In this document: positions 57,724 to 64,000 of the stretch, one piece after another
How positions within the stretch are numbered: position 1 is the first letter of the stretch
Layout of the letters: each line of letters opens with the position of its first letter
IMG/VR virus record: IMGVR_UViG_3300025782_000004
DNA length: 64,000 nucleotides
DNA from: an uncultured virus (IMG/VR IMGVR_UViG_3300025782_000004)
Taxonomy: Duplodnaviria; Heunggongvirae; Uroviricota; Caudoviricetes
Strand: one strand, 5' to 3'
Made by a program: the position numbers and the translations under genes
The notes under the pieces: generated by a model
What the model was told of the DNA's origin: nothing
Database searches by the model: none
What the model saw: only the letters and a program-made list of their open reading frames with translations

Positions 57724-58387
57724 TTTTTGCAGGTGTTAGTGATTGTGCTTCTTCTGTCAATCGTTTAGCTTCAGCTAACAATTGAGCGGCTTGTTTTTGC
57801 ATTTGATCAGCTTGGTCTAAACGTTGCTGTGCTAAATCTGCATCACTTAATACACCTTCACTTGGAATGTTGCCCTTTAAGTATGCCGCAGCACTTGCAG
57901 TAGCATCAACATCAATGTTAGTGCGACTTACGCTAGTGTTGTTTGGAGGCATACCAACTTCACGGCCTTCACGTACACGCTTTTTAGGAGCCATACCTGC
58001 TTGCTTGTCAATTTCGGCTAGACGGTCAACAGCTTCTTGACCTTTGTCCATTTCGTCGAGAATATTATTTAATTCATCTAAACGAACTGACGATTTCATA
58101 GTTGGAGTGATTAAAACTTGGCTTGTTGGAACCTTCTTAATCATACCTTCTTTGTGTAATACTTCAAGAGCATTACGGCCATCGGACATAGTAGTACGGA
58201 ACAGCACGTCGGAGAACTCCTTGGCGTTTTGTCCAATCGGGCTTTCTAGAGCCTTCATCACTTCGTCGTGAATCAAGCGTGGTAGTGTGTCACTGTATAA
58301 CAATAGTGCCATATGATCTTCATTAGGCACTTTGCGCCACAATAACACAATCTTTTTACCATTGTGTTTACCAACGTGTTTAATCAT
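57668..58387 (-). CDS. Hypothetical protein with a basic, Ala/Lys-rich C-terminal tail
   Basis: 239-aa ORF with an AGGA ribosome site. Confidence 0.75.
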   Translation of the reverse strand: MIKHVGKHNGKKIVLLWRKVPNEDHMALLLYSDTLPRLIHDEVMKALESPIGQNAKEFSDVLFRTTMSDGRNALEVLHKEGMIKKVPTSQVLITPTMKSSVRLDELNNILDEMDKGQEAVDRLAEIDKQAGMAPKKRVREGREVGMPPNNTSVSRTNIDVDATASAAAYLKGNIPSEGVLSDADLAQQRLDQADQMQKQAAQLLAEAKRLTEEAQSLTPAKNVKTTRAKKATTAKKQAA

Positions 58388-58399
58388 TTTGATTTTTCC

Positions 58400-58657
58400 T
58401 TATTGTGCAGCTGGGGCATCTGTTGTGCCTGCTGTTTGATCAGCTGTGGAAGCTGGTTGTAGTGCTCCACTAGCTTGGAGGAAGGTCACTAGACGATTGT
58501 ATAATCCGCCCACTGCTTCCATCTCTTCTGCTTTAATGGCACCGCGTTGACTGGCAAGTTGTACAACCTGCGCTGCGAGCATTAAGTCTTGTAATTGTAA
58601 CTGTACAGCGGGAGCCGCTTCAGTTGCTGGTGTATCTACTGTTGTTTGTTCTGACAT
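58400..58657 (-). CDS. Hypothetical protein, probably late-expressed
   Basis: GGAG ribosome site lies within the upstream inverted repeat; TAAATA motif upstream. Confidence 0.75.
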   Translation of the reverse strand: MSEQTTVDTPATEAAPAVQLQLQDLMLAAQVVQLASQRGAIKAEEMEAVGGLYNRLVTFLQASGALQPASTADQTAGTTDAPAAQ

Positions 58658-58658
58658 A

Positions 58659-58705
58659 GTATCTCCGTAATAAACTATGCATATATTTACACTCTACGGA
58701 GATAC
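58659..58705 (-). promoter_or_regulatory. RBS-sequestering hairpin (perfect 11-bp inverted repeat) with a late-promoter core TAAATA in the loop
   Basis: GTATCTCCGTA (58659-58669) and TACGGAGATAC (58695-58705). TAAATA on the minus strand at 58684-58689. Confidence 0.75.
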
Positions 58706-58716
58706 CGAAAATTTTT

Positions 58717-59010
58717 TTACCAACCAAAATCTTGCTTGTTGATTTGATCCAAAATTAGGGCAAACATACTGGCTTCACCTGGTAATTCAAAAGCGGCTCT
58801 TTTATTTAATTGTACAGTATTATCGGCAGGATTTTTGTAGTACCAATCACCAAACCAAAAACGACCACTGAGATTAGTCCAAATCCAATCACTGACAACT
58901 TTTTGATTACATTTTAAATCAAAGTCTACTGGAGTAAAATGTGGTGGGCAATGTTCAAGCTCTCGGAGCCCAAACACCGCCAGGGGATTCGCTTCACCAT
59001 GCTTCAGCAT
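58717..59010 (-). CDS. Hypothetical protein
   Basis: 97-aa ORF coupled to its upstream neighbour. Confidence 0.7.
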   Translation of the reverse strand: MLKHGEANPLAVFGLRELEHCPPHFTPVDFDLKCNQKVVSDWIWTNLSGRFWFGDWYYKNPADNTVQLNKRAAFELPGEASMFALILDQINKQDFGW

Positions 59011-59312
59011 TAGATAGCCTGTTGCTTGCTTTTAATTTGATCAATTACTTCTTGGCTGAGTTCACCTTCGATAATCTTAAACTTAGCATCACCCTGTTCA
59101 ATTTCTGGCAAGGTCAAACGATCTTTAAGTAATTCTTCAGCGTCGCGAGTAAAAGCATTAGTTACATCATACTGTCGAGTGAACTGTGCAATTTCTGCAG
59201 CACGACTGATATCATCTAAACAGTTTTCGACTTTGAGTAATCTAATCTGTAATTGTAAGGCCAGTTCACGTACTGCCTTGGGCTTCATTTTTGTTGGGTC
59301 TTGAAATTCCAT
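59010..59312 (-). CDS. Hypothetical protein
   Basis: Likely start MEFQDP at 59312 (TAATG coupling); the track gives 59327. Confidence 0.6.
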   Translation of the reverse strand: MEFQDPTKMKPKAVRELALQLQIRLLKVENCLDDISRAAEIAQFTRQYDVTNAFTRDAEELLKDRLTLPEIEQGDAKFKIIEGELSQEVIDQIKSKQQAI

Positions 59313-59485
59313 TATTCTTCCGTCCATTCTGTGTAAACAAGTTTATAAGTGCCAAGTAAGCCAAACAACCAAGTACCAGTCTTAACCATTTTAAGTTGAC
59401 GATGTCTTACTGTAGGCTTCCACGTATCTAAATTATAACGTACTTTTAGAAATTCGTCATCCGGTAATCGAGGCAACGGTTTCAT
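59312..59485 (-). CDS. Hypothetical protein
   Basis: Likely start MKPLPR at 59485 (ATGA overlap). Confidence 0.55.
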   Translation of the reverse strand: MKPLPRLPDDEFLKVRYNLDTWKPTVRHRQLKMVKTGTWLFGLLGTYKLVYTEWTEE

Positions 59486-59721
59486 CGCTTTAAGGTTTCC
59501 CACATTAACGTAGGATCGTTTTTGGGTACAGTGGCTACACATTCAATATAACCTTTCGCCAATGCCTGTTGAATAGCTGTGGCTAAATTTCTTGGACAAT
59601 CAGGGGTAATCAAAATGCCTGCTCGATTGGCTATAGTGAAGTCACCTTGTAGTTGAAAACTTGGATCACCTGACTTTAGCGTGACCCAAGGTGTTTCGCT
59701 AACAGTAAATGTTATGGACAT
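59482..59721 (-). CDS. Hypothetical protein
   Basis: 79-aa ORF in the coupled series. Confidence 0.6.
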   Translation of the reverse strand: MSITFTVSETPWVTLKSGDPSFQLQGDFTIANRAGILITPDCPRNLATAIQQALAKGYIECVATVPKNDPTLMWETLKR

Positions 59722-59873
59722 AATTTTACAATCTCTTCAGTACTACGACCAGACTTGGCCAGTTCTAATCTACATTCTTTAGAACTTTTCATTGCTAGTC
59801 CGCCGGCCACAATCATAGAAACAATAACAAAGCCTATGCCCAAGAATAACCATTTTTCAAACTGTGTAATCAT
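59712..59873 (-). CDS. 53-aa predicted membrane protein
   Basis: My translation: MITQFEKWLFLGIGFVIVSMIVAGGLAMK...LCP; GAGG ribosome site. Confidence 0.6.
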   Translation of the reverse strand: MITQFEKWLFLGIGFVIVSMIVAGGLAMKSSKECRLELAKSGRSTEEIVKLCP

Positions 59874-59875
59874 TT

Positions 59876-59977
59876 TTAATCCTCACCTATTAGTTTAAGA
59901 ATATGAATAACTACTACACACAATACAAAAGCAATAGCTATTATACAAAGTGCTTCGGCTATCCATTTTTCTATCAT
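59876..59977 (-). CDS. 33-aa predicted membrane peptide
   Basis: My translation: MIEKWIAEALCIIAIAFVLCVVVIHILKLIGED; ATGA overlap with the vWA gene stop. Confidence 0.5.
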   Translation of the reverse strand: MIEKWIAEALCIIAIAFVLCVVVIHILKLIGED

Positions 59978-61233
59978 TTATCGGCATCCTCGTAGTGTGC
60001 ATAGATACCAAACTCTGGCTCTGCTGATTTGTTGCCTTTGATAATCCAAACAGTATCACAGTACTGTTCAACTTCATCTGGGCTCCAACCAAAGAAACAA
60101 AAGTCAGTAAACATAATCAACTTCTTGGGTTCAATGCCATTGTCAATCAAGTAATTCCAAACACAATGTGGGTCTGTACCACCACCGCCACCTGGTTCAA
60201 AACTAGCAATATCTTCTAAGTTGTCTGAAGTAAATGTAGCTATATTGTGTACTTCAGTATCCCAGCCCATTACAGTAATCTTATACTCATCGTAGGATTC
60301 CATAATACCTTGGATTTCACTTAAGAAAATCTTAAGATCGTTGTCAGTAATTGAGCCAGAAGTATCAATACCAATAACTACATCAATCTGCTCGCCGGGT
60401 TTCATACCAGGCATAACAGCATCCATATGCCACGATCTACGGCTAGGACGTGCCCAAGTAAAGTCTGATTTAACAGTAGACTCGATCTGTTGTTGCAATA
60501 ACTCACGCCAGTTCATGACAGGTTCAGTCAAATCTTTGATTAGACGTTTGACGCCGCCTGGTAAATTACCAGCACCACTGGCCTGTGCAGCCGCTAGTAC
60601 AGCTTCACGAACTTCGTCACGTATTTCTTTCTTTTCTTGCTCAGAAAGTTTAGGGCGCCCATTACCACCCTTTTTGTCTCCGTCACCATCAGCATCATCA
60701 CCTTCACCATCATCGCCATCTAAGTGTTCGTCCAATAGACGCTTCATTAGATCATCGATATTGATCTTGTCTGCGTTTTCGTACAAGTCATCATAGACTT
60801 CTTCTGCACTCATACCTTTGTATTTAGAATCGTATAGTGCAACGGGAATCTTATCACCAACACGTTGTTCTACCAAGTCCCAATTTACACAATAGTCATC
60901 GGCAATGTTCCACAGTTTAGGATCACGATTGCCACGACGTCCCATATGATCATATACAGCATGTAGGACTTCATGTCCAACTAAGAATTCTAACTGCTTC
61001 AATGGCATGTTATTAACAAATTCACTATTGTAGTAAAAACGACGACCATCTGTTGCGGCAGTAGGACACCAGTCATCTGCATTAATCAAATTCATACGGG
61101 TAGCTAAGTTACCAAAGAATGGAGCACGAAGCAATAAACCGATACGTGCAGTAACTAATTTTTCTTTAGCTGACGCATCGATTTTGGGATCTGTTTCTGT
61201 TACTTTTTTAGATTTTTCTGCCAATGTAGTCAT
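59974..61233 (-). CDS. Metallopeptidase-like (HExxH) plus vWA domain protein, DUF2201-type MoxR partner
   Basis: TAATDG, HEVLH, WNIADD, DTSGS MIDAS motif, GGGGTD, FTD. Start MTTLAEK at 61233 with AAGGAG. Confidence 0.88.
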   Translation of the reverse strand: MTTLAEKSKKVTETDPKIDASAKEKLVTARIGLLLRAPFFGNLATRMNLINADDWCPTAATDGRRFYYNSEFVNNMPLKQLEFLVGHEVLHAVYDHMGRRGNRDPKLWNIADDYCVNWDLVEQRVGDKIPVALYDSKYKGMSAEEVYDDLYENADKINIDDLMKRLLDEHLDGDDGEGDDADGDGDKKGGNGRPKLSEQEKKEIRDEVREAVLAAAQASGAGNLPGGVKRLIKDLTEPVMNWRELLQQQIESTVKSDFTWARPSRRSWHMDAVMPGMKPGEQIDVVIGIDTSGSITDNDLKIFLSEIQGIMESYDEYKITVMGWDTEVHNIATFTSDNLEDIASFEPGGGGGTDPHCVWNYLIDNGIEPKKLIMFTDFCFFGWSPDEVEQYCDTVWIIKGNKSAEPEFGIYAHYEDADK

Positions 61234-61257
61234 ATAGAGCTCCTTTATCATACTTAT

Positions 61258-61302
61258 ATTATAGCATTTCGGCAATTATGTGTCTGTGGCTTTTTTGCAA
61301 CA
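61258..61302 (-). promoter_or_regulatory. Sigma70-type promoter (CAGACA-17-TATAAT, extended TG) abutting the imperfect palindrome TGTTGC-A6-GCCACA
   Basis: -10 at 61258-61263, -35 at 61281-61286, palindrome at 61285-61302. Confidence 0.6.
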
Positions 61303-61305
61303 CTC

Positions 61306-61749
61306 TTAGAAATTCAGCGTTAATAAGCCGTTGCAAACGTCTAGCATAACAGCATAGCGGCGTCGTTTGTAGTAATCACCGTTGCCTAAACTATAATCGT
61401 TGGTAACCCTGTGATCACGGACAGCACCGGTTTTATTGCTACGAACCCGATACACGTCCCACCCCTGTGCTTGAAAGGTATAACTACCACCAGCTGTCTT
61501 AATACGCCAGCGACTGTTTAGATAGTACTCACCTCGATCACGCCCAACGTTCAAGAATGTAAACGAGCTTTCAACCAAACTCTTATTACGCTTATATTCA
61601 GCACTAGCTTTGATACGGTCTAACTTACCACCGATACTGACAAGGTCCTTACCATCCAACCCCATGAGTTGGGCATACGCAACCAATTGGCGGACTTGTT
61701 CCTGTTTTTCTGCAGGAAATCTTTTAAATAGTAATTCTTCTTCTTCCAT
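61306..61749 (-). CDS. Hypothetical protein
   Basis: Likely start MEEEELL at 61749. Confidence 0.65.
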   Translation of the reverse strand: MEEEELLFKRFPAEKQEQVRQLVAYAQLMGLDGKDLVSIGGKLDRIKASAEYKRNKSLVESSFTFLNVGRDRGEYYLNSRWRIKTAGGSYTFQAQGWDVYRVRSNKTGAVRDHRVTNDYSLGNGDYYKRRRYAVMLDVCNGLLTLNF

Positions 61750-61750
61750 A

Positions 61751-62065
61751 TTACCCCCACTGTAACATAAACGCACTTAGCGTTTCGTCATCTTTAAAAT
61801 ATAAACGCATTTCGTTGTACTCGGTATGCCAAGCCCAACGAGTTGTTGATTCCATACGACACTGACCTTCATTGCCAGCTGGCTTTGCACGTATCACAAT
61901 CCACTTGGTTTCGCAACCTGGCCCAAATGCGTCGTGACACCAATTACGCCATTCTTTAAACCGTTCTATCCTGGGCTCCTTGCCCCAAATATCAAACGTA
62001 ACTTCTACATGATATTTCATAACAGTATAACAGGTATGACGCCGATCTAATTTAGTTACTTTCAT
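61751..62065 (-). CDS. Hypothetical protein
   Basis: 104-aa ORF. Confidence 0.65.
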   Translation of the reverse strand: MKVTKLDRRHTCYTVMKYHVEVTFDIWGKEPRIERFKEWRNWCHDAFGPGCETKWIVIRAKPAGNEGQCRMESTTRWAWHTEYNEMRLYFKDDETLSAFMLQWG

Positions 62066-62822
62066 GATTTTTTATCATTCCTCGATTAAACATTTCGGGT
62101 AACAATATTTCATCTGTCCATTTTTCGCTACATGTTGGGCCTGGATGAAATAAATCATCGTGAAGCAAATTATTTTTAAATGCATATTCAAACATAAAAT
62201 CCATGGGCCTGTTTGGTATCCAAGGAATAGCACGAAGTTGTGCCAGTGTATTCTTGTCTACATATCCTTCAAATTCGTGAGTAGTATCTCTCTTGGGAAT
62301 ATATGGCGGAAACAGCAGATTGGAATAAAAAGAAAAAACATAAGGTATATTTTTATCTTCTAGATATTTTTTAACTTCAAAAATTTTATCTGCAGATTCT
62401 TGCGCAACAATACTCTTATCAAATTTGGCAAATTTATTAACATTACTAATGCGTTGGTATTCAACTCCTCCGATCAATGGTTGTATATTGCTGTTAATTA
62501 TTTTTTGTTCTTTTCGATCTATACCGCTCCACATTACAATAACTATGCATTTTTCACGTTCGGCATTGTTAAATGCATCAATTTGATACATAATGCTGTC
62601 GCCAATGAATTCGTTGCCGGCACCTGGGTAACTCCAATCCACGCAGTATTCGAATCCACATCGATCCAACACAAATCCTGGCCAACTTGCACAAAAATCA
62701 GTCTGTAAAGTGTTGGCAGTAAAACTGCATCCACTGGTCAATAGTATGCCACGATCCACTGAATAATGTTGGGGGATACTGGGTGTCCATTTTAGAATTT
62801 TTGGTACCGGTAAAAACTTCAT
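62052..62822 (-). CDS. SGNH/GDSL-like protein
   Basis: SGCSFT, GAGN, MWSGIDR, DLFHP. Confidence 0.65.
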   Translation of the reverse strand: MKFLPVPKILKWTPSIPQHYSVDRGILLTSGCSFTANTLQTDFCASWPGFVLDRCGFEYCVDWSYPGAGNEFIGDSIMYQIDAFNNAEREKCIVIVMWSGIDRKEQKIINSNIQPLIGGVEYQRISNVNKFAKFDKSIVAQESADKIFEVKKYLEDKNIPYVFSFYSNLLFPPYIPKRDTTHEFEGYVDKNTLAQLRAIPWIPNRPMDFMFEYAFKNNLLHDDLFHPGPTCSEKWTDEILLPEMFNRGMIKNHESN

Positions 62823-62823
62823 G

Positions 62824-63093
62824 TTATTTGTATTTTCCTTCAATGTCTGAAGTACTTGATGCTTTATATTTGGATTCGGTTACTACTATTTTTTGAGCTT
62901 CGTCTTGGCACATGTCTTTACCATCTAACGAACGAGATATTTTGCAGTCCTTTCCGTTTATAGTACTTACAACATGATCAGACATAGTCTTGCCTGTTGA
63001 TTCGTTTACTCCTACACTAGCTACACCTGCTATAAACATAGGAACAGCACAACCTGGTAATAGCATTATAACAAGTATTAGTATGTATTTCAT
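62824..63093 (-). CDS. Predicted lipoprotein
   Basis: MKYILILVIMLLPGC signal peptide/lipobox from ATG 63093. Confidence 0.65.
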   Translation of the reverse strand: MKYILILVIMLLPGCAVPMFIAGVASVGVNESTGKTMSDHVVSTINGKDCKISRSLDGKDMCQDEAQKIVVTESKYKASSTSDIEGKYK

Positions 63094-63152
63094 GCTATAA
63101 AAAGGAGGACTTACGGGAAAGGAACCTGCCTCCATGACGCTAGCGAAACTGT

Positions 63153-64000
63153 TTACTTACCACCAGCAGCAATAATATACTTGCCGTAACGCTTGTGGAA
63201 CTCATCAAAGTTCTTCAGCTTACCTGGTACCAAGGGTAAGTTATAAGTAGTCAATGCAACACGAGCACCCATAACAACCAACTCAGTGGTAAAATTATCC
63301 ATCATAAAGCGGAAGAAGTTATCTGCCATACCATGCCATTCACCAATCTTGTCTTTACCAAGTTTAGCGTATGCATCTTGTAATTCATAGCACATACTAA
63401 CAGTCAAAGAATACATAGCTGATACTTCTTTGATCTTGAGTTCTTTGACCTTACCAGCCAATACTTCTGATGGGTTAGGCATTTGTCCAGCTACCTTGCG
63501 GTGTGCCATAAACTTAATACCAAGACCATCACCAATAGTACCTGAGATCAAGTCTGCCAATTCTGCATCTGTAGCATCTTCGTCATACAAGAATTCTGAT
63601 ACAAATGACCAAGAGCGTGGAGTAGCAAAACTACGGCTAGAGCTCTTGGGATTAAAGTCCATCAAGTCATTCTTAGCAAAGCCAATATAACCTACCACGT
63701 CCTTGTGGATACGATGCTTAACAGCCCACTCGTTCCAAGAGTCATAGTCAGAACGTACTTCTAAGTGTACGAAACGATTTGCTAAGGGCATTGGCATACG
63801 GAAACTTACACCTTTGTCTGACTCACGGTTACCAGCCGCAACAATCACAACATTCTTTGGCAAGTGATATTTGCCTAGTCTGCGATTGAGAACCAACTGA
63901 TATGCAGCCGCTTGCACAGCAGGAGCTGCCACGTTCATTTCGTCTAAGAACAGGGTAATAACTGGGAATTCTTTAGCCATTTCTTCAGTTGGCAAATCCA
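63153..64000 (-). CDS. MoxR-like AAA+ ATPase (5' end outside the window)
   Basis: LFLDE Walker B, AAGN, LANRF arginine finger, TPRSW; vWA partner gene downstream. Confidence 0.88.
   Translation of the reverse strand, partial: DLPTEEMAKEFPVITLFLDEMNVAAPAVQAAAYQLVLNRRLGKYHLPKNVVIVAAGNRESDKGVSFRMPMPLANRFVHLEVRSDYDSWNEWAVKHRIHKDVVGYIGFAKNDLMDFNPKSSSRSFATPRSWSFVSEFLYDEDATDAELADLISGTIGDGLGIKFMAHRKVAGQMPNPSEVLAGKVKELKIKEVSAMYSLTVSMCYELQDAYAKLGKDKIGEWHGMADNFFRFMMDNFTTELVVMGARVALTTYNLPLVPGKLKNFDEFHKRYGKYIIAAGGK

Noticed and set aside
60341..60796. Antisense and alternate-frame ORFs in the track (e.g. 60341-60796, 22318-22722, 2007-2372, 59895-60092)
   Set aside because: They lie within well-supported genes, lack ribosome sites or motifs, and read as shadows of codon bias.
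63099..63133. GGAGG...CCTCC-T-tract hairpin after the MoxR gene as a terminator or ncRNA
   Set aside because: The outer stem is only about 5 bp with a poorly paired interior; too weak to call without folding or data.
1..64000. Stop-codon reassignment, as seen in some large phages
   Set aside because: Genes tile the window densely in the standard code, including a 10-kb ORF. TAA, TAG and TGA all end genes at sensible places.
1..64000. Bacterial chromosome or prophage origin for the sugar-modification genes
   Set aside because: They are interleaved and translationally coupled with T4-like core genes. No integrase, att site or cellular housekeeping context is visible.

Overview
This window is a fragment of a large, AT-rich, T4-like myovirus (probably jumbo-phage) genome read in the standard code. 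It has four parts. (1) 1-4.2 kb, minus strand: the T4-type gp55 (late sigma)-gp47-gp46 block, interrupted by a radical SAM gene and a frameshifted SGNH-like gene. (2) 4.2-32.0 kb, plus strand: a baseplate and tail-fibre operon (gp53-, hub-, gp5-, gp25- and gp6-like genes, a 3390-aa wedge protein, several fibres) with recurring upstream xATAAATA late-promoter motifs. (3) 32.0-56.0 kb: a ~24-kb modification island opened by a perfect sigma70 promoter that overlaps a terminator-like hairpin. It holds glycosyltransferase-like genes, seven tandem radical SAM enzymes plus a relic eighth, SGNH-like proteins, a NodU/CmcH carbamoyltransferase, an APS-kinase/HxGH-nucleotidyltransferase fusion, DUF2061, a DegT aminotransferase and an NDP-sugar epimerase. 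(4) 56-64 kb, minus strand: thyA, DHFR, small hypothetical genes and a vWA-peptidase/MoxR pair. The best candidate for an undescribed system is the island. I infer a phage-encoded pathway making heavily tailored glycans or other modifications, possibly for the unusually Asn-rich virion proteins encoded next to it. Other unusual features are an RBS-sequestering hairpin with a late promoter in its loop and two divergent genes whose ATGs overlap. All product calls come from motif recognition by eye; no database searches were run. I saw no tRNA, rRNA, CRISPR array, intron or transposase.
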